Source of the DNA: Pelagibacteraceae bacterium
GTDB taxonomy: Bacteria > Pseudomonadota > Alphaproteobacteria > Pelagibacterales > Pelagibacteraceae
Reading direction: 5' to 3'
Length of the DNA: 64,000 nucleotides
Assembly (NCBI GenBank): GCA_016777565.1
Contig: JADHRF010000001.1
Span: 26,406 to 90,405 of the forward strand
This document shows, piece after piece, positions 21,530 through 31,028 of the stretch. The position numbers were made by a program, and so were the translations under genes. The first letter of the stretch is position 1; the number at the start of each line of letters is the position of its first letter. The notes beneath the pieces are model-generated. The model was given only the letters and a program-made list of their open reading frames with translations. It made no database searches and was not told the DNA's origin.

Positions 21530-22210
21530 TTAGATTATAGATAAAAATCTTTTACAAAAATTTTCTATTCTTGCGCTATATCTTTTAGAGTCACTGTTAA
21601 ATTTATTATAAGCTACTACAGCTGGAATAGCTGCAAGTAAACCCAAAGCAGTGGCAAACAAAGCTTCTGCTATGCCTGGCGCAACAATCGCTAAACTTGT
21701 ATTTCTTGAAATAGCAATTGATTGAAAAGAATTCATAATTCCCCAAACAGTTCCAAATAGACCTATGAAAGGTGCGGTAGACCCAATTGTAGCTAAAAAA
21801 GTAAAATTTTTTTCTATTTCTTTAATTTGGTTATCTGTAGCTATTTCTAAAACTCTTTCAACTCTTGCACTTTGTACCGCACTTGATTTTGATTTAGTTT
21901 TTAATAACTCCACCATTGCTTGCTGAAATATTTTCGTTAATGGATCGTTTGATTTTGCAGGTAGGCTTCCGTGTAAACTCTCTGCAGATCGTGCCTTCCA
22001 AAATTTATTTTCAAATTCTAAAGTAGATAAATTAATATTTTTAAATAATTTGTATTTATCGAATATTAAAGCCCAAGAGTATATTGAACTAACTAATAAA
22101 ATTAAAATTACTGACTTTACAACAAAGTCCGCGCGTAAAAAAAGTTGCCAAAGAGAAAAATCATTTGCTCCACCTAGTCCAACTACTTGTGCTGCAATTT
22201 CTTGTTCCAT
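21530..22210 (-). CDS. tolQ: TolQ
   Basis: LATIGSTAPFIGLFGTVWGIMNSF, PGIAEALFATA. Confidence 0.96.
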   Translation of the reverse strand: MEQEIAAQVVGLGGANDFSLWQLFLRADFVVKSVILILLVSSIYSWALIFDKYKLFKNINLSTLEFENKFWKARSAESLHGSLPAKSNDPLTKIFQQAMVELLKTKSKSSAVQSARVERVLEIATDNQIKEIEKNFTFLATIGSTAPFIGLFGTVWGIMNSFQSIAISRNTSLAIVAPGIAEALFATALGLLAAIPAVVAYNKFNSDSKRYSARIENFCKRFLSII

Positions 22211-22276
22211 GATAGTGAATTACTTATAGAATGTGTCATGAATTTGACCGCTTATTGATAGTATATTAGTTTAAGA

Positions 22277-22771
22277 TCATTTAGAATCTTCTTTAAACCT
22301 TGTTTCGCTATAATATCTTGCAATTAGTATAGCATCAGACTTATTTACATCTTTTTTTTTAGATAGTTTTTCAGCAATAGAGGGATACATTTCAATAACT
22401 TTTGTTCTACTAGCGTCTTTTGAAGAGTTAATTAGTTCAAAATGTTTTTTCCATTTTGCCGGTCTAACAAAAAAAATAGGTAATTTTAAAGCAGCACAAA
22501 TGCCTTTAATTGCTCCAAACGACTGACCAAAATTAAACATGCTAGTTACTCCTTGGCCTGGCATTGCATTTACTTGTTCTACTACCATAGCCGAGTTATC
22601 AATATCTTTAATATTTTCTTTTATTAATTGAGCTAAAAGAGCACTATTTAGTTGTCTCTTATTTTTTTTTCCATCTGACATTACTGGCATATCAAATATC
22701 TCTTTTACTTTATCATTTTCAAGAATTGCAATTCCTCCACTTAAACCAGGGTCAATACCAATTATTAGCAT
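22277..22771 (-). CDS. RuvC-fold Holliday junction resolvase (phage/MOC1-like subtype)
   Basis: IIGIDPG, VVEQ, F.FG..FG, P.KWKK, KD.SR, DAILIA; sits after yebC, where ruvC normally lies. Confidence 0.8.
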   Translation of the reverse strand: MLIIGIDPGLSGGIAILENDKVKEIFDMPVMSDGKKNKRQLNSALLAQLIKENIKDIDNSAMVVEQVNAMPGQGVTSMFNFGQSFGAIKGICAALKLPIFFVRPAKWKKHFELINSSKDASRTKVIEMYPSIAEKLSKKKDVNKSDAILIARYYSETRFKEDSK

Positions 22772-22774
22772 AAT

Positions 22775-23500
22775 TTAATTTATATGAATGTTACAGTTTA
22801 CAAATGTATTCTGTACATCGTCATTCTCCTCTAAGATCTCAAGCATCTTAATAACTGTATCACTCTCATCTTTGGAAATATTTAAATAATTTTGTGGCCT
22901 CCACTCTACGCCAGAATATATAAAACTATCTATATTTTTTTCAATTTCACTTTTTATTTTATAAAAATCCTCTCTTTCTGTTAAAATTTCATGATATTCT
23001 GTACCACTTGAGCAATCTTTAGCTCCAGCATTAATAGAAAGTTCAAGAATTTTTTCATCTAAGATTTTATCTTTGCTTATTTGTATTACTCCACACGCAA
23101 AAAAATAGTGTGCAGTTGAACCTAACTCTCCTAACCTTCCTCCACTTTTTTGTAAAATAGTTCTAATATTAGACGCAGTTCTATTTTTGTTGTCTGTCAG
23201 CGTTTCAATTATCAAGGCAACATTATGAGGTCCAAAACCCTCATATCTTAAATTTTCATAATTTTTATTCACGTCGGCCTCGGATTTACTAATTGCACGC
23301 GTAATATTTTCTTTTGGCATGTTAGCCTCTCTGGAAGCTTGAATAGCAGCTCTTAATCTTGGATTGCTGTTTGGATCTTTAGCACCAAGCTTTGCGGCAA
23401 CAGTAATCTCTCGAGATAGTTTAGCAAAGATTTTTGATCTTTCTTTATCTTGTTTACCTTTTTTATGTTTAATTCCAGCCCAATGAGAATGACCTGCCAT
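22775..23500 (-). CDS. yebC: YebC/PmpR family protein
   Basis: MAGHSHWAGIKHKK, NPRLR, YEGFGP, TDNKNRT, DDVQN. Confidence 0.96.
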   Translation of the reverse strand: MAGHSHWAGIKHKKGKQDKERSKIFAKLSREITVAAKLGAKDPNSNPRLRAAIQASREANMPKENITRAISKSEADVNKNYENLRYEGFGPHNVALIIETLTDNKNRTASNIRTILQKSGGRLGELGSTAHYFFACGVIQISKDKILDEKILELSINAGAKDCSSGTEYHEILTEREDFYKIKSEIEKNIDSFIYSGVEWRPQNYLNISKDESDTVIKMLEILEENDDVQNTFVNCNIHIN

Positions 23501-23501
23501 A

Positions 23502-24308
23502 TCAGTTATTTAAAACACCTCCATAAAAAAATCTTTCAACTTTATTAGCTAATCCAGTTATGGGATCGCCTTCTACAATTATTCCAGATAAAGTTGATTG
23601 ACCTTCGGCTGGAAAATGCCTCACTGCCTTATCATTGTTTAAAAATTTCATAATTGAATTTTCTTTATTCATGCCAATTACTGAGTTGTAATCTCCACAC
23701 ATTCCAATATCAGTTTGAAAAGCTGTACCATTATCTAAAATTCTTGTATCTGCTGTTGGAACATGAGTGTGTGTGCCAACTACTGCTGTTGCCTTTCCAT
23801 CAAAGTAATGACCCATGGCCATTTTTTCACTTGTGATTTCTCCATGCAAATCTACTACGATAAAATCTGCTTGTTCTTTTAATTTAATTTTGTTTTGTAA
23901 TTTTTTTGCAGCTGTAAATAAATCCTCAGTTTTTTTCATAAAAACATTCCCCATCAAATTAATAACTGCCACTTTATATTTTTTATCTTTAGATAAAAAA
24001 ACTCCAAAACCATTACCCGGTGATCCAGAAATTAAATTTTCTGGCCTTAGTAATCTTTCTTCTTTAATTATAAATTCAGAAGTTTCTTTTTTATCCCAAA
24101 TATGATTTCCTGAAGTAATTACATCAATACCTATATCAAATAATTCCCCGGCAATGTCTTTGGTTATGCCTTTTCCATCAGCTGCAGCATTTTCTCCGTT
24201 CACTATAGTAAAATCAATATTTTTATCCTTAACAATTTTACTTAAATTTTGTTGTAAAGATTTTCTACCAGAGCTACCCATTAGGTCTCCAAGAATTAAT
24301 ATTTTCAT
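23502..24308 (-). CDS. YmdB-like metallophosphoesterase (TIGR00282 type)
   Basis: GD..G..GR, NGEN, TSGNHIWD, DLHGE.TSEK, GTHTHVPTAD, TDIGM.G. Confidence 0.93.
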   Translation of the reverse strand: MKILILGDLMGSSGRKSLQQNLSKIVKDKNIDFTIVNGENAAADGKGITKDIAGELFDIGIDVITSGNHIWDKKETSEFIIKEERLLRPENLISGSPGNGFGVFLSKDKKYKVAVINLMGNVFMKKTEDLFTAAKKLQNKIKLKEQADFIVVDLHGEITSEKMAMGHYFDGKATAVVGTHTHVPTADTRILDNGTAFQTDIGMCGDYNSVIGMNKENSIMKFLNNDKAVRHFPAEGQSTLSGIIVEGDPITGLANKVERFFYGGVLNN

Positions 24309-24862
24309 TTTTTTAAACCTTTTTCAGTAAGAATATAATCTAATTTTACATCTAAATTCGATACAGGGAGTTTATTATATTTTTGAAATGAAAATGCAAC
24401 GCCAATTGTAGTAATATTTTTTTTAACTTTTAAAAATTTATTTAAAAATCTATCATAAAACCCTTTACCGTAGCCTAATCGATTATTATTATTATCAAAA
24501 GCTAGCAGTGGAACTAACATAAAATTAGGGACAAAGGTCTTATTTTGTAAGCTTGGCTCTAACATTCCAAATTTATTTACTATTAAAGGATCTAAGTATT
24601 TCCACTCTACAAAATTTATTTGATTATTAATTTTTATAATTGGAAGAAGAGTTTTTATTTTTTTTTTTTCTATCAATTTTAAAAAACGTAAAGTGTTAAC
24701 TTCACAATTTGACGGATAATATAATGAAAGAATATTTCTTCTATTTGGTTTATTAGATTTTAAAAGTTTTATTATAGGATCAAAAAATTTAGAACTAATT
24801 TCAAAATATTTTTTTTTTCTATTAGTTAGTGCCTTTTTTCTAATAAGATTTTTTTCTTGCAT
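24305..24862 (-). CDS. ygfA: 5-formyltetrahydrofolate cyclo-ligase
   Basis: FGMLEP, LVPLLAFD...RLGYGKGFYDR, D.ILTE. Confidence 0.94.
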   Translation of the reverse strand: MQEKNLIRKKALTNRKKKYFEISSKFFDPIIKLLKSNKPNRRNILSLYYPSNCEVNTLRFLKLIEKKKIKTLLPIIKINNQINFVEWKYLDPLIVNKFGMLEPSLQNKTFVPNFMLVPLLAFDNNNNRLGYGKGFYDRFLNKFLKVKKNITTIGVAFSFQKYNKLPVSNLDVKLDYILTEKGLKK

Positions 24863-25308
24863 TACTGAAGTTCAGATTTTGACTCAGCATTATTAATTAT
24901 ATCTTCCAGGGACTTGGTAGTTTTATCCAATATAGATTCGTATAAAGAGTTGCTTTCCTCTATAGTAGCTTTGAATTTATCAATTTCTTTATTTAAATTG
25001 TTTATTTCAAAGTCTTTTGTTTCTTTGTATTGAATAGCTAAAGACTTCATCTCTAAAAATTTTTTTGATATTTCATCTAATCTCTTTTTTTGAAGATCTA
25101 CTTTTTGTTTTAAATTAAAATAATCATCTAAAATTTTTATTGTAGTAATTAAAAGCAATTTATTTTCCCCAATACCTCCGAGTTCATCTTTTAATTCAAC
25201 ATATTTTTTATCTAAAAAACTTACGAGCTTTTTTAGAGATTTTTCTTGCCCGTCATCGCAAGAAAGTAAATAATCTTTATTATTAAATTTGATGTTTATG
25301 TTTGCCAT
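24862..25308 (-). CDS. zapA: Cell division protein ZapA
   Basis: INIKFNNKDYLLSCDDGQE..L N-terminus plus coiled coil; upstream of ygfA. Confidence 0.85.
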   Translation of the reverse strand: MANINIKFNNKDYLLSCDDGQEKSLKKLVSFLDKKYVELKDELGGIGENKLLLITTIKILDDYFNLKQKVDLQKKRLDEISKKFLEMKSLAIQYKETKDFEINNLNKEIDKFKATIEESNSLYESILDKTTKSLEDIINNAESKSELQ

Positions 25309-25619
25309 TTATCTATCTCTTCGACTAATTGCTCAGTTTCCTGACTCAAGTCATCAATCTCTCTACTAAATTTTTCTTGTAGCTCTGATTTTTGACTTAG
25401 TTCTTCCTCCAAACTAGCAATTTTGTTTTTTAAATATTTGTGCTCTCTTAAGAGTTCGTGATGCTTTTTCTCAAGTTCATTCTTTTCATTTAAAAATTTG
25501 TTTTTTTCTATTTTCAATTTTTCTGAACCAATAGAGTCATGTGCATAACTCTTTGAAAGATTGCCTAATTTCTCAATAAGACTGTTTAAATTTTTTTCTT
25601 TATTTGCTAAATTATTCAT
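25296..25619 (-). CDS. Coiled-coil protein upstream of zapA (positional equivalent of ZauP/DUF4164)
   Basis: Heptad-rich 107 aa, overlaps zapA, divergent from tkt. Confidence 0.6.
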   Translation of the reverse strand: MNNLANKEKNLNSLIEKLGNLSKSYAHDSIGSEKLKIEKNKFLNEKNELEKKHHELLREHKYLKNKIASLEEELSQKSELQEKFSREIDDLSQETEQLVEEIDKWQT

Positions 25620-25670
25620 TTAAATCATATTATTAATTCATAAGATTAAATCTACTAAGGTTTTATAATT

Positions 25671-27644
25671 TTGACTACAAATTTAAATCAATTAGCAAAT
25701 GCAATAAGGTTTTTGTCTATAGACGCTGTGCAAAAAGCCAATTCTGGTCACCCTGGTATGCCTATGGGTATGGCAGATGTTGCAACCGTACTATTTAAAA
25801 ACCATCTTAAATTTAACCCCATAAATCCAAATTGGATAAATCGAGATAGATTTATTTTGTCTGCGGGTCATGGTTCTATGCTGCTTTACTCTCTTCTCTA
25901 TCTAACAGGCTACAAAGATTTTTCTATTAATGATCTTAAAAACTTTAGACAGCTTAATTCAATTTGTGCTGGTCATCCCGAATACAAAAAAAATTCGGGA
26001 ATTGAAACAACAACAGGACCTTTAGGACAGGGCCTAGGAAATTCTGTTGGTTTAGCAATTGGAGAAGAAATATTTAGAAAAAAATTTGGAATAAATATTA
26101 TTAATCATAAAACTTACGTGATCGCTAGTGACGGAGATTTAATGGAAGGTATCAGCCATGAAACAATGAGTTTAGCTGGACATTTAAAATTGAAAAATTT
26201 AATAGTTTTTTTTGACAATAATAAAATTTCAATCGACGGGCCTACTTCACTGAGTGTCTCGGATAATTATAAAAAAAGATTTGAGTCTTATGGATGGAAC
26301 TTTATTGAAATAAATGGTCACAACCATAAGCAAATTTCCAATGCTATAAAGAAAGCTTCTAAATCAAATAAGCCAAACATTATCTCTTGTAAAACTATCA
26401 TTGGTTTTGGATCTCCTAATAAATCTGGAAAATCTTCTTCGCATGGTTCACCACTAGGAGATGATGAAATTACATTAGTTAGAAAAAAATTAAAATGGAA
26501 TTACGAGCCTTTTGAAGTACCTAAAAATATTTTGAAGTCTTGGAGAGATATAGGAAAACAAGGAATGGCTTTAGAAAAAAAATGGTCAGATTCTTTAAAT
26601 AAAAAGAATTCAAAGATAAAAAAGGAATTAGAAAAAGTATTAGATAATAAAAATTTAAAAAATTTAAATCAGCTAATAAATTCCGAAAAAGAAAAATATT
26701 TTAAAGAAAAACCTAAGAAAGCAACAAGAGAATGTTCTTCTCAAACAATTGAGGTTGTTTCTTCTTTGCTTCCAGAATTAATAGGTGGTTCAGCTGATTT
26801 AAGTGGCTCCAATAATACAAAGACTAAAAATTCAAAAGTGATTTCTTGTAAGGATTTTGATGGAAACTATATTCACTATGGAATTCGAGAACATGGCATG
26901 GCTGCTTCAATGAATGGTTTGGCTTTGTATGGTGGCTTAATTCCATTCGGTGGGACCTTTTTAATTTTTTCAGATTATTGTAAACCTTCAATAAGATTAT
27001 CTGCATTGATGGGATTAAAAGTAATTTATATTTTTTCTCACGACTCAATTGGTCTAGGAGAAGATGGACCTACTCACCAGCCTATCGAACAACTTGCAGG
27101 ACTAAGGGCTATTCCAAATTTAAACGTCTTTCGACCTGCAGATATAAATGAAACCTTGGAATGTTGGCAAATTGCATTACAAAGTAAAAACACACCAAGT
27201 GCTATTGCGCTATCTAGACAAAAATTACCATACATCAATCCTTCTTTTTCAAAAGAAAATAAATGTGAGTTAGGAGCTTACGTGGTTAACATTACATCAC
27301 AAAACTATGTAGTTAATTTAATAGCTTCTGGTTCAGAAGTTGAAATTGCATTAGAGGCTCAAAAAAAATTGAAAGAAATAAAAATAGACTCAAAAGTTGT
27401 CTCTATGCCTTGCCAAGAATTATTTGATCAACAGAGTAGCGCTTTTAAGAATGAAATTATTGATAAAAATATTCCAGTTATTACAATAGAAGCGAGTAGT
27501 GTTTATAGCTGGGAAAAATACTCCAGACATAATATGGGTATTAAAACTTTCGGGGAAAGCGCTCCCTACAAAGAAGTTTATAGTCATTTTAACCTTACAA
27601 GCGCTAAGGTAGTAGAGCTTGCTAAAAAGATTATTAAACAATAG
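25671..27644 (+). CDS. tkt: Transketolase
   Basis: SGHPGMPMG, RDRFILSAGH, TTGPLGQG, DGDLMEG, GIREHGM, GEDGPTHQP; TTG start. Confidence 0.98.
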   Translation: MTTNLNQLANAIRFLSIDAVQKANSGHPGMPMGMADVATVLFKNHLKFNPINPNWINRDRFILSAGHGSMLLYSLLYLTGYKDFSINDLKNFRQLNSICAGHPEYKKNSGIETTTGPLGQGLGNSVGLAIGEEIFRKKFGINIINHKTYVIASDGDLMEGISHETMSLAGHLKLKNLIVFFDNNKISIDGPTSLSVSDNYKKRFESYGWNFIEINGHNHKQISNAIKKASKSNKPNIISCKTIIGFGSPNKSGKSSSHGSPLGDDEITLVRKKLKWNYEPFEVPKNILKSWRDIGKQGMALEKKWSDSLNKKNSKIKKELEKVLDNKNLKNLNQLINSEKEKYFKEKPKKATRECSSQTIEVVSSLLPELIGGSADLSGSNNTKTKNSKVISCKDFDGNYIHYGIREHGMAASMNGLALYGGLIPFGGTFLIFSDYCKPSIRLSALMGLKVIYIFSHDSIGLGEDGPTHQPIEQLAGLRAIPNLNVFRPADINETLECWQIALQSKNTPSAIALSRQKLPYINPSFSKENKCELGAYVVNITSQNYVVNLIASGSEVEIALEAQKKLKEIKIDSKVVSMPCQELFDQQSSAFKNEIIDKNIPVITIEASSVYSWEKYSRHNMGIKTFGESAPYKEVYSHFNLTSAKVVELAKKIIKQ

Positions 27645-27659
27645 TTTTTATAAATAGTT

Positions 27660-28850
27660 ATGTCAGGAATAAAATACTTCCCTCAAGACTTAAGTCTTGA
27701 AAATAAAACAATCATTTTAAGAGTTGACCTAAACGTTCCTATTAGAGAGAAAAAAATTCAAGACTTTACAAGAATTTCATTAATTTTACCTTTTTTAGAG
27801 GAGTTAATAAAAAAGAAATCAAAAATAATTATAATAAGTCACTTAGGTAGACCAAAAGGTTTGAGGGACGCAACTTTATCCTTGTTGCCTGTTTACAAGC
27901 ACTTAAAAGAAAAACTAAGCACAAATATGTATTTTTATACAGGTGAGATTAATGATGAGCTTAATTCTAAGTGTTCATATCTTAAAAATAGCGAAGTCCT
28001 TCTAATTGAGAATATCCGTTTTTTTAGAGAGGAAACAGACAATGAAGAAAATTTTTCTAAAAAAATTGGCAAGTTGGGAGACATATATATTAACGATGCT
28101 TTTTCTTGTTCTCATCGAAAACAAGCTTCAATTCATGGAATCACTAAATTTGTAAAAGCTGCCTACGCAGGACCTTTGTTAAAAAAAGAAATAATCGCAA
28201 TAAACTCGGTTGTTAAAAATAAAAAGGAACCATTGACATGTATTATTGGAGGATCAAAAATCTCAACTAAAATAACTGTCATTTCAAATTTAATTAAAAG
28301 CGCGAGTAATATTATAATTGTTGGTGCAATGGCTAATAATTTCTTAAAATATAATAATTGTGAAATAGGTAAGTCTTTAAAGGAAGACAACTCTTCTGAA
28401 ATAATAAAAAAAATAATGCATGAAGCTGAAAAAAATAAATGTAAAATAATAATCCCTGAAGATTGTGCAGTTTCAAAAAGTTTTGAAGGAAATGCGACTC
28501 CTAAAGATCTTAAATCTATCGAAAAAGATGATGTTATCTTAGACGTTGGGCCCAAAACTCTAAAAACTATTGAAAAAATTATAGATAGTTCTAATACTGT
28601 TATGTGGAATGGTCCAGCAGGTTACTTTGAAAACAAAAATTTTGCAGTAGGCACAAACTTTATAGCTCAAAAGATCTCTGAAAATACTAATAAAAAATCT
28701 CTAATATCAGTAATTGGTGGAGGAGACACGGTTTCAGCTATTAACAAAAGTGGTCTTAACTTATCTTTTACTCACTTATCAACAGCAGGTGGAGCATTTT
28801 TAGAATATCTTGAGGGAAAAGACTTGCCTGGTCTTAGTGTTTTAAAATAA
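27660..28850 (+). CDS. pgk: Phosphoglycerate kinase
   Basis: RVDLNVP, SHLGRP, ENIRF, NDAF, WNGP, GGGDT, STAGGAFLE. Confidence 0.98.
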   Translation: MSGIKYFPQDLSLENKTIILRVDLNVPIREKKIQDFTRISLILPFLEELIKKKSKIIIISHLGRPKGLRDATLSLLPVYKHLKEKLSTNMYFYTGEINDELNSKCSYLKNSEVLLIENIRFFREETDNEENFSKKIGKLGDIYINDAFSCSHRKQASIHGITKFVKAAYAGPLLKKEIIAINSVVKNKKEPLTCIIGGSKISTKITVISNLIKSASNIIIVGAMANNFLKYNNCEIGKSLKEDNSSEIIKKIMHEAEKNKCKIIIPEDCAVSKSFEGNATPKDLKSIEKDDVILDVGPKTLKTIEKIIDSSNTVMWNGPAGYFENKNFAVGTNFIAQKISENTNKKSLISVIGGGDTVSAINKSGLNLSFTHLSTAGGAFLEYLEGKDLPGLSVLK

Positions 28851-28860
28851 ATAATTGCAG

Positions 28861-29865
28861 ATGAAATTAGAAGATATTGCAAAAAAAATGTGTGCAAAAG
28901 GAAAAGGTATTTTAGCTGCAGATGAAAGCACAGGCACAATGGATAAAAGATTAAAAAGTGTTGGAGCTGAGTCTACTGAAAAAAATCGATTACATTTTAG
29001 AGAGACGCTTTTTACATCAGATGCTATGAAAAACTATATTGGTGGAGTTATTTTATTTGATGAAACTATTAGGCAAAAAACAAGTGCGGGAATCTCTGTC
29101 CCTGAGCTGCTTGAAAAAAATAATTCCATTGTAGGAATTAAAGTTGATAAAGGCGCTAAACAATTGGCAGGCTCTCCTGAAGAAACAGTAACTGAAGGTT
29201 TAGATGGTTTGAGAGAAAGATTAAATGAATACTACAAACTTGGTGCAAGATTTACAAAATGGAGAGCGGTTTATAATATCGGAGGAAAATATCCCTCTAC
29301 TCAAAGCATAAAATCAAATGCACATGCTCTAGCTAGATACGCTTCAATGGTGCAAGAGGCAAATATGGTACCAATTGTTGAACCTGAAGTTTTAATGGAT
29401 GGCAATCACGATATTGATACCTGTTACAAAACGACAACAAATGTGTTAAATGAATGTTATAACGAATTGGCCATTCAAAAAGTATCTTTGAAAGGAACTG
29501 TTTTAAAACCTAACATGATTGTACCAGGAACAAAAAGCTCTGAACGAGTAACTTCTGAGGAAATAGCTAAAAAAACATTAGACTGTCTAAAAAAAAATGT
29601 TCCTAGTGAGGTGCCAGGTATTGCTTTCTTGTCTGGTGGCCAATCTGAATTAGAAGCTTCAAAAAATTTAGACTCAATCAATAAAATAAATGACACTAGC
29701 TTTCTTATCACTTTCTCTTACGGACGAGCATTGCAACAAAGTGCTTTAAAAACCTGGTCAAAAGAAATGAATGATACAAAAGCGATTCATAAAATTTTTA
29801 ATCACAGGGCAAACATGAACGGCTTAGCTTCTAAAGGTGAATGGTCGCAATCTTTAGAGATTTGA
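28861..29865 (+). CDS. Fructose-bisphosphate aldolase class I
   Basis: GILAADES, GIKVDKG, KWR, PIVEPEV, LKPNM, FLSGGQ, FSYGRALQ; ATG at 28861 preferred to TTG at 28855. Confidence 0.96.
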   Translation: MKLEDIAKKMCAKGKGILAADESTGTMDKRLKSVGAESTEKNRLHFRETLFTSDAMKNYIGGVILFDETIRQKTSAGISVPELLEKNNSIVGIKVDKGAKQLAGSPEETVTEGLDGLRERLNEYYKLGARFTKWRAVYNIGGKYPSTQSIKSNAHALARYASMVQEANMVPIVEPEVLMDGNHDIDTCYKTTTNVLNECYNELAIQKVSLKGTVLKPNMIVPGTKSSERVTSEEIAKKTLDCLKKNVPSEVPGIAFLSGGQSELEASKNLDSINKINDTSFLITFSYGRALQQSALKTWSKEMNDTKAIHKIFNHRANMNGLASKGEWSQSLEI

Positions 29866-30464
29866 AGCGTTTAGTCTACTTAATATCCCCGAATAAAATT
29901 CATCCTGGCTTTTACACTGAGTTAAATAAAGTTCTAACGTCAAAGAACGTTTCTTTTTTTCAATTAAGATTAAAAAATAAATCAACAAGTGAAATTGTTA
30001 AAATTGCCAAAAAAATAAAAGTTATAACTAAAAGACATAATGTAAAATTAATCATTAATGATAATTTTAAAATAGCAAACAAAGCTAATGCAGACGGATG
30101 TCATTTAGGTCAAAAAGATGGATCTGTAAAGTTAGGTAGAAAAAATATTAAGAAAAAAATTTTTGGTGTTACCTGCCACGGTTCAAAAAGACTTGCCTGG
30201 TTAGCTTACAAGAATAAATGTGACTATATTGCTTTTGGATCTTTTTTTAAATCTAAGCTTAAACCCAAAGCAAAAAAAGCAAATTTAAAAATATTATCAT
30301 GGGCAAAAAAAAATATAAAAAAGCCAATAGTAGCAATAGGTGGAATTACAGATAAAAATTACAAAAAATTAATTAATTCTGGCGCGAATTATATTGCAAT
30401 ATCAACTTTTATTTGGAATAACCCGTTTTTAAAGCCAGAGATTGCCATTAAAAAATTTGTATAA
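29862..30464 (+). CDS. thiE: Thiamine phosphate synthase
   Basis: QLRLK, IIND, DGCHLGQ.D, DYIAFG.FF...K, VAIGGI; probable TTG start overlapping the aldolase stop (ORF track start 29841). Confidence 0.92.
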   Translation: MKRLVYLISPNKIHPGFYTELNKVLTSKNVSFFQLRLKNKSTSEIVKIAKKIKVITKRHNVKLIINDNFKIANKANADGCHLGQKDGSVKLGRKNIKKKIFGVTCHGSKRLAWLAYKNKCDYIAFGSFFKSKLKPKAKKANLKILSWAKKNIKKPIVAIGGITDKNYKKLINSGANYIAISTFIWNNPFLKPEIAIKKFV

Positions 30465-31028
30465 ATGAAAATTACAGCTGTAGAAATTAAACCAGGAATG
30501 ATTATTGAATATAAAAATGATTATTGGAATGTTTTAAAAGCTCAACATGTTAAACCTGGAAAAGGTGGAGCATTTAATCAAGTTGAACTCAAAAGCATTA
30601 CAAAAGGAACTAAGCTAAATGAAAGATTTAGATCTAGTGAGTCAGTAGAAAAAGCTGAGATAGAAGAAAAAAAATTTAATTTTTTGTACTTGGATGAAGA
30701 AAACTGTCATTTTATGGATAACAAAACTTTTGAACAAATCTCTATTTCAAAATCATTGACAGAAGAAAAACACAAATTGTTAAAAGAAAATTTAGAGGTA
30801 AATATTTCTTTTATGGATGAAAAACCAATATCCTTAGATTTACCTAACAACGTAGAGTGTGTTGTAGATATAACTGATGCGGCTATCAAAGGTCAAACAG
30901 CAGCTTCCTCTTACAAACCTGCTACATTAGACAACGGAATCAAAATAAATGTTCCGCCTTTTGTTGAGTCTGGAGATAAAATTATTCTTGATACAAGAAC
31001 ACTAGAGTACGTTAAAAAAGTAAATTAA
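30465..31028 (+). CDS. efp: Elongation factor P
   Basis: HVKPGKGGAF, KPATL, VPPFV..GD. Confidence 0.97.
   Translation: MKITAVEIKPGMIIEYKNDYWNVLKAQHVKPGKGGAFNQVELKSITKGTKLNERFRSSESVEKAEIEEKKFNFLYLDEENCHFMDNKTFEQISISKSLTEEKHKLLKENLEVNISFMDEKPISLDLPNNVECVVDITDAAIKGQTAASSYKPATLDNGIKINVPPFVESGDKIILDTRTLEYVKKVN

Noticed and set aside
22245-22258. TGA-N8-TGA (CenR-like site) upstream of tolQ
   Set aside because: Only six informative bases in AT-rich DNA; expected by chance
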